From Nitrospirota bacterium (GTDB lineage Bacteria; Nitrospirota; UBA9217): a stretch of DNA of 63,015 nucleotides. Position numbers and translations under genes: made by a program. The stretch lies in contig JBJKRX010000050.1 of NCBI GenBank assembly GCA_046704425.1, positions 1 to 63,015 on the forward strand, read 5' to 3'. Every line of letters starts with the position of its first letter. Within the stretch, counting starts at the first letter, position 1. The notes below the pieces were generated by a model. It made no database searches and had not been told where the DNA came from. It saw only the letters and a program-made list of their open reading frames with translations. Shown piece by piece: positions 36,183 through 45,542 of the stretch.

Positions 36183-37577
36183 ATGCATCGCCTCAACCGC
36201 CTCCTCTCCTTCAGCGGGCTCTGCCTGCTCCTCGTCGTCGCAGCCGCTGCATGCGCCCGCTATCATGCAAAGCCGCTCAATACCCAGCCGGCCCTGCTGC
36301 ACCGCGTGCCGGACCTCGTCATCCGCCCCGCCCGCATGCCCCTCCCGGAACTGGCGACCCACCCGTTCCGGCCCGCGGACGGCCTGGACATGACGGAGGT
36401 CGCCATGCTTGCCGTGATCGAGAACCCGGAGCTCAAGGCGGCGCGCGACCAGCGCGGCATTGCGCGGGCCGAGCTCATGGCCGCCGGGGTCCTGCCCAAC
36501 CCCCAGATCACTGCGGAACAGGACCACCCCACGACCCCGGGATATGGGGACGCCTTCACCCTGGGGCTCGATTACGACGTGAGCGCGTTCCTCACGCGCG
36601 GGGCGCGCATCGCCGCGGCCGCGGCAACGGACCAGAGCATCGATCTGACGGTCCTGTGGCAGGAGTGGCAGGTGGTGCAGAAGGCCCGCCTGCTTTTCGT
36701 GGACAGCGTGGAGCAGCAGAAGGAATGGCAGGTCGTGCAGGCCCTCTGTGCGCTGCGGGACAAAGCCTATGGCCGCGCGGAGCAGGCGCTTCACGCCGGG
36801 GCCCTGACGATCACCGACGTTCTTGCCCAAGAGGCTGCGCGCGACGACGCCTATGCGCAAAGGCATGCGCTTATGCGTGAGCGGGAGAAGACCCGCCGCG
36901 CCCTCGACGCGCTCCTGGGCCTGGCGTCCGATGTTACGCTTACGCTCACGGGGTCCCCCGCCCTTCCCGCGCCGGATCAGAAGAGCATCGACGCGGACCT
37001 CGCGCATCTGCCCGAGCGCAGGCCGGACCTGCTGGCGCTCCAGGCCGGATATGCGAGCCAGGAGGCGCGTTTCCGCATGGCCGTCCTGGCCCAGTTTCCC
37101 TCGCTCGCCGTCGGCCTGATCCGGTCCCGCGATACGAGCGGGGTCTTTACCACCGGCATCGGCGTCACGCTCGACCTCCCGTTCTTTGATCTGAACCAAG
37201 GGGCTGTCGCGATCGCGAAGGCAACGCGCAAGCAGCTCTACGACGAGTACCAGGCCCGGCTCAACGAGGCCTATGCCGAGGTCGCGGGGCTCTCCGAACA
37301 GATGCGGCTCGTGCGCGAGCGATACGACGCACTGCAGCGCGACCTGCCGGCCCTGGAGCAGGCCGCAGCGCACGCGCAGAAGGCGCTCGCTTCCGGGGAC
37401 CTGACCGCGACAGCCGCTGATGACCTGGAATCCGCCTTGTTCCGGAAAAAGCTCGCAACGTTCGATCTGGAGCGGACGCTCCTCGAACAGCAGGTCGCCC
37501 TCCAGACCCTGCTCGGCAGGGAGCTGCCGAAGCAGGCGACGACCGGCATTGTTCATCTTGCCGCGGAAAGGAACTGA
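36183..37577 (+). CDS. Outer membrane efflux protein (TolC/CzcC-like OMF)
   Basis: 464-aa ORF. Signal plus lipobox-like LLVVAAAAC. Duplicated helical OEP repeats (NPELKAARDQ..., RPDLLALQAGY...). Confidence 0.8.
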   Translation: MHRLNRLLSFSGLCLLLVVAAAACARYHAKPLNTQPALLHRVPDLVIRPARMPLPELATHPFRPADGLDMTEVAMLAVIENPELKAARDQRGIARAELMAAGVLPNPQITAEQDHPTTPGYGDAFTLGLDYDVSAFLTRGARIAAAAATDQSIDLTVLWQEWQVVQKARLLFVDSVEQQKEWQVVQALCALRDKAYGRAEQALHAGALTITDVLAQEAARDDAYAQRHALMREREKTRRALDALLGLASDVTLTLTGSPALPAPDQKSIDADLAHLPERRPDLLALQAGYASQEARFRMAVLAQFPSLAVGLIRSRDTSGVFTTGIGVTLDLPFFDLNQGAVAIAKATRKQLYDEYQARLNEAYAEVAGLSEQMRLVRERYDALQRDLPALEQAAAHAQKALASGDLTATAADDLESALFRKKLATFDLERTLLEQQVALQTLLGRELPKQATTGIVHLAAERN

Positions 37578-37578
37578 T

Positions 37579-38643
37579 ATGTCCATGAAGCCCGCGATCA
37601 GTGCCGTCCTCATTGCCGTCCTCCTGGCCGCGCTCCTGCCCGGCCTCGCCGCATCCTCCGCGTTCGCTGAGACGGCGGATGCGGCCAGCGCCCAGGTCCA
37701 GACCGCGCCGCTCGCCCTGCAGGAGCTCACGAAAACGATCACCGGCTACGGAGAGGTGAAGACCGATCCCCGCGCTCAAGAGAGCGTTACGCTCCCCTGT
37801 GCTGGCAGGATCGCGCGGATCTTGGTTGCTCCCGGAGAGCGCGTAGCGAAGGGCGCCCCGCTCCTGGAGCTGGAGGCAAGCCCCCAGGAGCGGCTGCACT
37901 ATGCAGAGGCGCTCTCCGCCGTCCAGGCTGCGCAGGCGGAAGCAACCCGGGTGCAGAACCTGCTTGCGCAGCAACTGGCAACGCGGTCCGAGCTCGCAGC
38001 AGCCGAGAAAGGGCTGAGCGACGCCAAGGCAGCGCTGGTTGCCCAGAAGAAACGGGGCACGGACCGCCGGCTCGATACCCTCCGCGCGCCCTTTGCCGCC
38101 ATCGTGAGCGATGTGGCGATCACCCCGGGCGCGCGGCTCGATGCGGGCGCTGTGGCGCTGCAGCTTACGCGTCAGGACCGCCTGCTGGTCCTGCTCGGCA
38201 TCGAGCCGGAGGAAGCGCCGCAGGTGCGGCCGGGCATGACCGTGGACCTTGCGCCCCTCTTCGGTCCCGCGACCGCCATGACCGGCACGGTCGCGATCGT
38301 GAGCGGCATGATCGACCCGCAAACAGGTCTCGTCGCAATCGGGGTGCGGCTCTCTCCCCATGAGGCAGTCCGCCTGATGCCGGGCGCCCGGATGGAGGGA
38401 CACATTGCGATCACGAGCGTCCGCATGCTCGCGGTCCCCCGATCGGCCATCCTGACCGACGACCAAGGCCCCTATCTCTTCGTGGTCAAGAACGATCGGG
38501 CCCACCGCGTCGACGTTACGACCGGCGTCAAGGCGCACGGCCTGGTGGCGGTGTCCGGCCCCCTTGCCGCCGGCGACCGGGTGGTGGTGCTCGGGAACTA
38601 CGAGCTGGAGGACGGGATGGTCGTGCGGGAGGCCCCGCAATGA
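37579..38643 (+). CDS. Efflux RND periplasmic adaptor (membrane fusion protein)
   Basis: Track ORF 37420..38643(+). ATG 37579 lies 2 nt after the OMF stop. Signal peptide, coiled-coil hairpin (AAQAEATRVQNLLAQQLATRSELAAAEKGLSDAKAAL) and beta-barrel tail. Confidence 0.8.
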   Translation: MSMKPAISAVLIAVLLAALLPGLAASSAFAETADAASAQVQTAPLALQELTKTITGYGEVKTDPRAQESVTLPCAGRIARILVAPGERVAKGAPLLELEASPQERLHYAEALSAVQAAQAEATRVQNLLAQQLATRSELAAAEKGLSDAKAALVAQKKRGTDRRLDTLRAPFAAIVSDVAITPGARLDAGAVALQLTRQDRLLVLLGIEPEEAPQVRPGMTVDLAPLFGPATAMTGTVAIVSGMIDPQTGLVAIGVRLSPHEAVRLMPGARMEGHIAITSVRMLAVPRSAILTDDQGPYLFVVKNDRAHRVDVTTGVKAHGLVAVSGPLAAGDRVVVLGNYELEDGMVVREAPQ

Positions 38644-41600
38644 CCAGCTTCTCCTTCTGGGTCCAGTCCCACCGCCGCTCCATCCTGTTCCTCGTCCTGG
38701 TCCTGGCGCTTGCGGGCGCGGTGCTCGCCTTCCGGCTTCCCGTGGCCCTCTTCCCGAACGTGAGCTTCCCGCGCGTCGAGGTCTCGCTCGATGCCGGGGA
38801 CCGGGCCGCGGACCTGATGGAGCTCGAGGTGACGCGGCCGGTCGAATCCGCGGTCCGCGCCGTGCCCGGCGTGGTATCGGTGCGCTCGACCAGCAGCCGC
38901 GGGGGCGCGGACATCTCGATCAATTTCGCCTGGGGAACGGACATGGTCTCGGCCCAGCTCCAGGTTGAGTCCGCCGTGGGCCGCGTGCTGCCCGAGCTGC
39001 CGGCAGGAACGGTCTTCACGATCGAGCGCATGGACCCCACCGTCTTTCCCGTGCTCGCCTACAGTCTCACCTCGGACACCCGCTCCCTCGTGGAGCTGCG
39101 CGATTTGGCGAAGTACCGCCTGGCCCCGCTGCTCGCGAGCGTGAACGGCACGGCGCGCGTGCAGGTCTTGGGTGGGCAGCAGGAGGAGTTCCGCGTCACC
39201 GTTGACCCGGCGCGGCTGCAGGCCTTCGGTCTTACCCTGAACGACGTGGCCCAAAAGCTCGCGGCAGCCAACGTGATCACCGCCGTAGGACGCCTGGAGG
39301 ACCACTACAAGCTCTATCTCATCATGTCGGACACGCGGTTTGCCGGCCCCGACCAGATCCTCCGGACGGTGCTCCGGAGCGGGCCGCAGGGGATCGTCCG
39401 GCTCGGGGAGGTGGCGTCGGTCCGGCGCGCCACGGTCCCCCAATGGGAGCGCGTGACCGCGGACGGACGCGACGCCGTGCTGCTGAACGTCTACCAGCAA
39501 CCCGGCGGCAACACGGTCCGGATCGCCAACGATATCAAGGCGCGGCTCGCCGCCTATGGGCCCCACCTGCCGCAGGGGGTCCGGTTCCGCACGTGGTACG
39601 ATCAGAGCGAGCTGATCACGGCCGCGGCCAAGAGCGTGCGGGACGCGATCATCATCGGCGTGATTCTGGGCGCCGTGGTGCTCCTGCTCTTCCTGCGCAA
39701 CGCCAAGATCACCGCCATCGCCGTCGTCATGGTGCCCACGGTGCTGGCGGTCACGATCGTCCTCCTCTACGCGCTCGGCATGAGCTTCAACATCATGACG
39801 CTCGGCGGCATGGCCGCCGCGGTGGGGCTCATCATCGACGACGTCATCGTGATGGTGGAGCACATCATCCGGCGGCTGCGCGGGAGCGGCGCGGAACACC
39901 GCGGCCGCGTCATGGCCGCGGCCCGCGAGTTCGCCCAGCCCCTGATCGGCTCCTCGGCCGCCACGATCATCATCTTCCTGCCGCTCGCCTTTCTGAGCGG
40001 CGTGACGGGCGCCTTCTTCAAGGCCCTCTCGCTCACCATGGCCGCGTCCCTCGTCATCTCCTTTCTCATCACCTGGCTCGCCATCCCGATCCTGGCGGAC
40101 CATCTCCTGGGAAGAAAGGAGGCGGAGGAGAGCGAGTCCGGCCCGCTCCAGGAACGCACGCACCGCCTGTACGAGCAGGTCATGGAGCGTCTCCTCCAGA
40201 GACCGGCGCTGCTCCTCATCGGCATCATCCCGCTGCTTTTGGTCGGGGCGATCGCCTACCACCGCGTCGGCTCCGGGTTCATGCCGCACATGGACGAAGG
40301 GGGATTCATCCTCGATTACCGCGCCCCCGCGGGCACGTCCCTGTCCGAGACCGACCGCCTGCTGCGCCAGGTGGAGGCCATCATCCGCGCGACCCCGGAG
40401 GTACGCACCTATTCCCGCCGCACCGGCACTCAGCTCGGCGGCGGCCTGACCGAGGCGAACGAGGGCGACTTCTTCATCCGCCTGAAGCCGCTGCCCCGCC
40501 GGCCCATCGAGGAGGTCATGGACGAGGTCCGCACGAAGGTGGAGCGCACGGTGCCCGGGCTCGACATCGAGCTGGCACAGCTCATGGAAGACCTGATCGG
40601 GGACCTGACCTCCGTGCCGCAACCCATCGAGGTCAAGCTCTTCTCGGACAGCCAGGAGCAGCTCAGCGTCGTGAGCAAGAAGGTGGCCGCCGCCATCGGC
40701 GCGATCCCCGGCGTGGTGGACGTGAACAACGGCATCGTGCTTGCCGGTGACGCGCTCGATATCCGGGTGGACCGCACCAAGGCCGCCCTCGAGGGCGTCG
40801 ATCCGGACGCGATCACCGCCATGCTGCACGACGACCTCACCGGCGCGGTGACGACCCGGGTGCGCGAGGGCGTGAAGATGGTCGGGGTGCGCGTCTGGAT
40901 CAAGCACGACCTGCGCGCCACGGCGCGCCGGATCGGCGATCTCCAGTTGCACGGCCCGGGCGGACGCCTCTTCCCCCTGCGGCGCGTGGCGGACATCCGG
41001 ACGATCATCGGTCAGCCCCAGATCACGAGCGAGAACCTGCGGACCATGACCGCGGTCACGGGCCGCATCACCGGCCGCGACATGGGCTCGGTCATCCGGG
41101 ACGTGCGCGCGGCCCTGGCGCGGCCCGGCTTCCTCCCTTCGGGGGTCTCCGTGGAGCTGGGCGGGATGTACGAACAGCAGCAGATCGCCTTCCGGGGACT
41201 CGTGGCCGTGTTCCTTGCGGCCCTGGCCCTCGTCTGCCTGCTGCTTCTCTTTCTCTACGAGCGTTTCCGCATCATGCTGGCCATCATGGCGATCCCGGTG
41301 CTCTCGCTCTCCGCGGTCTTCATCGGCCTCTGGCTGACCGACACGGAGCTGAACATCTCGTCCATGATGGGCATGACCATGATCGTGGGGATCGTCACCG
41401 AGATCGCCGTCTTCTACTTTTCGGAATACGCTGAGCTCGTCCGCAGCATGGACCGGCGCGAAGCCCTGATCGAGGCGGGCAAGAACCGCATGCGGCCCAT
41501 CATCATGAGCACCGTCGTGTCGATCCTGACCCTCCTGCCCCTGGCGCTCGCCATCGGCCAGGGCGCGGAGATGCAGCAGCCCCTCGCGATCGCCATCATC

Positions 41601-41708
41601 GCGGGGCTCGCGTTCCAGATTCCCCTTGCCCTCTTCGTCCTGCCGGCGCTATACTGGTTCCTCACGCAACCGCGGGGACGGAAAGGCGCGGATGCGGCCG
41701 GGACGTGA
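38640..41708 (+). CDS. RND efflux permease (AcrB/CzcA superfamily)
   Basis: 1022-aa ORF with ATGA overlap with the MFP gene. 12-TM duplicated architecture. TM4 motif GGMAAAVGLIIDDVIVMVEH. Confidence 0.9.
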   Translation: MTSFSFWVQSHRRSILFLVLVLALAGAVLAFRLPVALFPNVSFPRVEVSLDAGDRAADLMELEVTRPVESAVRAVPGVVSVRSTSSRGGADISINFAWGTDMVSAQLQVESAVGRVLPELPAGTVFTIERMDPTVFPVLAYSLTSDTRSLVELRDLAKYRLAPLLASVNGTARVQVLGGQQEEFRVTVDPARLQAFGLTLNDVAQKLAAANVITAVGRLEDHYKLYLIMSDTRFAGPDQILRTVLRSGPQGIVRLGEVASVRRATVPQWERVTADGRDAVLLNVYQQPGGNTVRIANDIKARLAAYGPHLPQGVRFRTWYDQSELITAAAKSVRDAIIIGVILGAVVLLLFLRNAKITAIAVVMVPTVLAVTIVLLYALGMSFNIMTLGGMAAAVGLIIDDVIVMVEHIIRRLRGSGAEHRGRVMAAAREFAQPLIGSSAATIIIFLPLAFLSGVTGAFFKALSLTMAASLVISFLITWLAIPILADHLLGRKEAEESESGPLQERTHRLYEQVMERLLQRPALLLIGIIPLLLVGAIAYHRVGSGFMPHMDEGGFILDYRAPAGTSLSETDRLLRQVEAIIRATPEVRTYSRRTGTQLGGGLTEANEGDFFIRLKPLPRRPIEEVMDEVRTKVERTVPGLDIELAQLMEDLIGDLTSVPQPIEVKLFSDSQEQLSVVSKKVAAAIGAIPGVVDVNNGIVLAGDALDIRVDRTKAALEGVDPDAITAMLHDDLTGAVTTRVREGVKMVGVRVWIKHDLRATARRIGDLQLHGPGGRLFPLRRVADIRTIIGQPQITSENLRTMTAVTGRITGRDMGSVIRDVRAALARPGFLPSGVSVELGGMYEQQQIAFRGLVAVFLAALALVCLLLLFLYERFRIMLAIMAIPVLSLSAVFIGLWLTDTELNISSMMGMTMIVGIVTEIAVFYFSEYAELVRSMDRREALIEAGKNRMRPIIMSTVVSILTLLPLALAIGQGAEMQQPLAIAIIAGLAFQIPLALFVLPALYWFLTQPRGRKGADAAGT

Positions 41709-41711
41709 TCG

Positions 41712-42380
41712 ATGCGCATTCTGATCGTGGAAGACGAAAAGGCCCTTGCCGACGTGCTCCGGAAGGGGCTCTGCGAGGAAGGGTATGCCGTGGACGTGGC
41801 CGTCACGGGTGAGGAGGGGCTCTATCTGGCGGAGAACGAGCCGTCGGACCTCATCCTGCTCGATCTCATGCTGCCCGGCGTGGACGGCATGACCATTCTC
41901 CGGAAGGTCCGCGCCGCGGGGATCGCCACGCCGATCCTGCTCCTGACGGCCCGGGACGGGGTCACGGACAAGGTCGCGGGCCTGGACAGTGGCGCCGACG
42001 ACTATCTGACCAAGCCTTTCTCCTTCGAGGAGCTGCTCGCGCGCATCCGCGCGCTCCTCCGGCGTCCGAGCCAGGCAGCCTCGGCGCTGATCACGATCGA
42101 CGACCTCACCATCGACACGGCCTCCCGGGAGGTGCAACGGGCGGGAAAGAACGTTGCGCTTTCGGCGCGCGAGTACGCGCTCCTGGAATACCTGGCCCTG
42201 CACCAAAACGAGGTCCTGAGCAGGACGGCCCTCACGGAGCACCTCTACGACCAGGACTTCGCGCTTGACAGCAACGTGATCGATGTCTTCATCAACCGCC
42301 TCCGGAACAAGATCGACCGGGGCCCCCGTCGGCCGCTGATCCATACCGTCCGGGGCGCCGGGTATCGGTTGAAGGGATAG
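41712..42380 (+). CDS. OmpR-family response regulator (CusR/CopR-like)
   Basis: 222-aa ORF. MRILIVEDE, LILLDLMLPGVDG, DDYLTKPF, C-terminal winged-helix LTxREYALLEYL. Confidence 0.88.
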   Translation: MRILIVEDEKALADVLRKGLCEEGYAVDVAVTGEEGLYLAENEPSDLILLDLMLPGVDGMTILRKVRAAGIATPILLLTARDGVTDKVAGLDSGADDYLTKPFSFEELLARIRALLRRPSQAASALITIDDLTIDTASREVQRAGKNVALSAREYALLEYLALHQNEVLSRTALTEHLYDQDFALDSNVIDVFINRLRNKIDRGPRRPLIHTVRGAGYRLKG

Positions 42381-42381
42381 C

Positions 42382-43776
42382 ATGCAGACCTCCCTGACCA
42401 CGAAGATCATCGGGTTTTATCTGCTCGTCCTGTTCGCGGCCTTCGCCGTTTTGGGGGGTGTTCTTTCGATCGAGCTCAACCGGATCGTCTATCGCGAGGT
42501 GGACACGAACCTGCTCGCGCAGGCACAAGACCTGACCGTGCTGACGCACGGGGACCCGGAGGACGAGGCGGAGTTCCGCGCCTCGGCCGATTATTCCTGG
42601 GAATACGGATCCCTGCAATCCCGGAACTTCTATCAGATCCGGGGTCGCAACGGCGCGGTGCTCGAGCGGTCGCCGTCCCTCGGAGACGCAGAACTGCCTG
42701 CCGCAATCTTCCATGATCGGCCGGTCTTCCGCAGTGTTCAGGCAAAGGGAATCCCCCTGCGGCTGATCGATTTTCCCCTGCCCGGGGGGCAGGTCATCCA
42801 ATGCGCCCAGGACGTCCAATTCTCGTCCGGCATCTTCCGGCACTACGCCCCGGTCCTGGCCGTCTCCCTCCTCGTCATCCTTGTTGTTTCCGCCCTCGGC
42901 GGCGCAACGCTCTCGCGGAAGGCGCTTGCTCCGCTCAGGGACATGTCCGCGACCATGGACGCCATTTCGGAGTCGAACCTCTCGGAGCGGATCGATGTCC
43001 TCCGGGTGCCGCAGGAGCTGCGCGTCCTGGCCTCGTCCTTCAACCGCACCGTCGACCGGCTGGAGAACGCCTTCTCCCAGCAGAACCAGTTCGCCGCAGA
43101 CGCCTCCCATGAGCTGCGGACCCCGCTGGCCGCCATCCTGAGCCAGAGCGAGATCTCCCTGCGGAAGGAACGGACCCCTGCGGAATACAAGACGGCCCTG
43201 ATCGCGGTCCAGGAGACCGCGGAGCGGATGTGGGGAACGGTCCGGAAACTGCTCCTCCTGAACCGGCTCCGGGAGGACCGGAGACGGGTGCAGCAGGAAG
43301 ACCTCGACCTGGGCGCTCTCCTCGCTGAGGCGATCGGCCTGGTCCGTCCCCTTGCCGAAAAACGGGAGGTCCGGCTCCTGCCGTTCGAGACAGCGGGCAA
43401 GCTTCGGGTGCAGGGAGAGCGATCGGCCCTCCTGGAGCTCTTCGGCAATCTCCTGCATAATGCCGTCCTCTACAACCTGCCGCAGGGGACGGTGCAGGTT
43501 ACGGCCGTCCGCGAGGGTGCCGTGATCCGCTGCGCGGTGCAGGATACGGGGATCGGCATTCCGGAAGGGGCCCGCGATAAGGTCTTCGATCGATTCTATC
43601 GCGTCGATCCTTCCCGTTCCCAGGAGCGGGAAGGAAGCGGTCTGGGACTCAGCATCTGTAAAGAGATCGCGGACCTGCACCACGGCCGCATCGCGATCAG
43701 CGACGCCCGGGGAGGGGGGACGATCGTTGCGGTCTTCCTGCCCGCAGTGGAACGGGAAAGCGTGAGTGAAGGATAG
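42382..43776 (+). CDS. Sensor histidine kinase (CusS/CopS-like, two TM segments)
   Basis: 464-aa ORF. H-box SHELRTPLAAIL, N box LLHNAVLYN, G boxes QDTGIGIP and GSGLGLSICKEI. Starts 2 nt after the regulator stop. Confidence 0.88.
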   Translation: MQTSLTTKIIGFYLLVLFAAFAVLGGVLSIELNRIVYREVDTNLLAQAQDLTVLTHGDPEDEAEFRASADYSWEYGSLQSRNFYQIRGRNGAVLERSPSLGDAELPAAIFHDRPVFRSVQAKGIPLRLIDFPLPGGQVIQCAQDVQFSSGIFRHYAPVLAVSLLVILVVSALGGATLSRKALAPLRDMSATMDAISESNLSERIDVLRVPQELRVLASSFNRTVDRLENAFSQQNQFAADASHELRTPLAAILSQSEISLRKERTPAEYKTALIAVQETAERMWGTVRKLLLLNRLREDRRRVQQEDLDLGALLAEAIGLVRPLAEKREVRLLPFETAGKLRVQGERSALLELFGNLLHNAVLYNLPQGTVQVTAVREGAVIRCAVQDTGIGIPEGARDKVFDRFYRVDPSRSQEREGSGLGLSICKEIADLHHGRIAISDARGGGTIVAVFLPAVERESVSEG

Positions 43777-43890
43777 ACGAAGAACCGCATGAGGGTGCGG
43801 GAAAGGACGGTCGTCCGGTATCACGGCGGGACTTGTCCCGGACGCTCATGAGCGCATGCCGCGGGATGTCCCGGAAGCCCGGGGGATGGC

Positions 43891-43910
43891 AAGACGCTGG
43901 ATTGCGTCTT
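43891..43910 (-). terminator. Hairpin overlapping the stop of a 33-codon mini-ORF downstream of the Met-rich lipoprotein gene
   Basis: AAGACGC (43891-43897) pairs with GCGTCTT (43904-43910). No clear U-tract on the minus strand. Confidence 0.3.
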
Positions 43911-44023
43911 ATTGGAGCTGCAGCGATTCCGGACTGATGGTCTCGTTACGGTTTCCTTGATCGAAGGCCACCCGGGCCAGGCCGCGCCTGTCCCGGGTGA
44001 TCACGTGCACGGAGCCGCTTCGT

Positions 44024-44431
44024 TCAGCTTACGTCCACGTTGAACGTCGCGGTCTGGGTGCCTCCGTCCTTGGGCGTCACGGCAACCTCCATCCGCCAGC
44101 CCCCCTCCATCGGGATGTTCGCCGTGAACGCATAGGAGCCTTTGGACCCCGTCACCTGCGCGTTGTACCCCATGGGGGCCATGCCCGGCATGGGCGGCAT
44201 GTAGTAACGCACGCCCACGGCAGCGCCCTGCAGGGATTTCCCCGTCTTGTCCGCGATCTTCACGGTCAGGTGGTTGTCTCCTTTCACGAGCGGATAGCTC
44301 GCGGCGTACAGCGTGATCGTCAGGTCGCCCGCGGTCCTCTGCGCCTCGTATCCCTTCGTGCACCCCGCACCAAGCACGACCACGGCGATCCCTGCGAGCA
44401 ATGCGTACAGCCGCATCCACTTCCTGTTCAT
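44024..44431 (-). CDS. Met-rich YtkA/FixH-like lipoprotein (putative periplasmic copper-binding protein)
   Basis: 135-aa ORF with AAGGAGA upstream. Lipobox VLGAGC. Ig-like beta-rich body with the YYMPPMPGMAPMGY methionine cluster. Confidence 0.65.
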   Translation of the reverse strand: MNRKWMRLYALLAGIAVVVLGAGCTKGYEAQRTAGDLTITLYAASYPLVKGDNHLTVKIADKTGKSLQGAAVGVRYYMPPMPGMAPMGYNAQVTGSKGSYAFTANIPMEGGWRMEVAVTPKDGGTQTATFNVDVS

Positions 44432-44460
44432 TGCCCTGTCTCCTTTCGGGTCTCTTCTGA

Positions 44461-44490
44461 GAATGCATTCCCGTTACTGAGCGAATCGCT
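44461..44490. promoter_or_regulatory. Two short palindromes upstream of the Met-rich lipoprotein gene
   Basis: GAATGCATTC (44461-44470, perfect 10-bp palindrome) and AGCGA-A-TCGCT (44480-44490), 30-60 nt upstream of ATG 44431. Confidence 0.3.
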
Positions 44491-44537
44491 AAGACTCTAG
44501 CGTTTCGCGTGCCCGGCCGGACTGCAAAGAAGGGGCC

Positions 44538-44557
44538 GGGAAATCAGGATATTTCCC
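44538..44557 (-). terminator. Hairpin downstream of the NDUFA9-like gene
   Basis: GGGAAAT / ATTTCCC stem with a 6-nt loop. On the minus strand it is followed by GGCCCCTTCTTT. Confidence 0.35.
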
Positions 44558-44621
44558 GCTGGTCCGGTTTGTGGCTGCCGCACATGCTTCAGGCTGTGTA
44601 GGAAGACGCTCCCGGAACCGG

Positions 44622-45518
44622 TCAGGCAGCGGGCTTCCCGAAATATTTCCGGAGCCCGTCGCGGAACAGCATGGGCTCGATGCCGAAGGCGTCGCGGATG
44701 TCCTGCATGCCGCAGACATTGTCCTCCTGCAGCATGATGAGCTGGTCTTGGGTCACGGGCGAGGTGGGCACGGTCCGCTCCAGTACGCGCGCGGCGACGC
44801 GCATGAACGGCATCGGGAGGTGCAGCACGGGCCGGCGCACGCCGATGGCCTCGGCGATCGCGATGGTGACGGCCTCGTAGCTGAACTGCTCCGGACCGCC
44901 CAGCTCGTAGAGCTCGTTCAAATAGGCGTCGCTGCTCACGGCCTTGACGATGCAGGCAACCGCGTCGTCGATGGCCAGGGGCTGGACCTTGGTGCGGCCC
45001 CTGCCGATGACCGGCAGCATCGGCGACAGTTTGATCGCGGCCGCGAGCCTCGTCGTGAATCCGTCGCCCGGACCGTAGAGGAGCGACGGCCGCAGGATCG
45101 TGCTGGCGATGCCGGACGCGCGAACGATCTCCTCGGCCTCCCACTTGGTCCGGTGATAGGCGCTCTTCGCGTTCGGCCGCGTGCCGAGCGCGCTCTGGAA
45201 CACCAGGTGCCGGACCCCCGCCTCCTTTGCCGCGGCGACCACGTTCCGCGTGCCTTCGACGTGCACGGACGCAAAGGTCGCGCTGCCGGTCTCCTGGATG
45301 ATGCCCACCAGGTGCAGGACGCGGTCGCACCCCGCGATCGCCCGGTCGAGCGAGGCGCGGTCCAGGATATCGCCCCGGACCACCTCCGCGCCCAGGGCCG
45401 CAAGGCCCGCGGCCTTCTTCGGATCGCGGGCGAGCGCGCGGACCGCGATCCCGGCCTCGCGCAGCGCCGTGACGGCATGGCGGCCGACGAATCCCGTGGC
45501 ACCGGTTACGAGCAGCAT
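44622..45518 (-). CDS. NAD(P)-binding SDR, complex I NDUFA9-like / NmrA-like
   Basis: 298-aa ORF. MLLVTGATGFVGRH Rossmann motif. SALGT...YHRTK context. Confidence 0.75.
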   Translation of the reverse strand: MLLVTGATGFVGRHAVTALREAGIAVRALARDPKKAAGLAALGAEVVRGDILDRASLDRAIAGCDRVLHLVGIIQETGSATFASVHVEGTRNVVAAAKEAGVRHLVFQSALGTRPNAKSAYHRTKWEAEEIVRASGIASTILRPSLLYGPGDGFTTRLAAAIKLSPMLPVIGRGRTKVQPLAIDDAVACIVKAVSSDAYLNELYELGGPEQFSYEAVTIAIAEAIGVRRPVLHLPMPFMRVAARVLERTVPTSPVTQDQLIMLQEDNVCGMQDIRDAFGIEPMLFRDGLRKYFGKPAA

Positions 45519-45542
45519 AGCGCACCTCCGGTCAAACAGAAT

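Noticed and set aside
38598-40952. 784-aa minus-strand ORF opposite the RND pump gene. Similar shadow ORFs occur opposite putA (23881..25182), the ATPase (55841..56899), trpB2 (27095..28294) and others.
   Set aside because: Same reasoning. The partner strand encodes proteins with clear family signatures, and these frames give low-complexity Arg/Gly/Asp-rich sequence.
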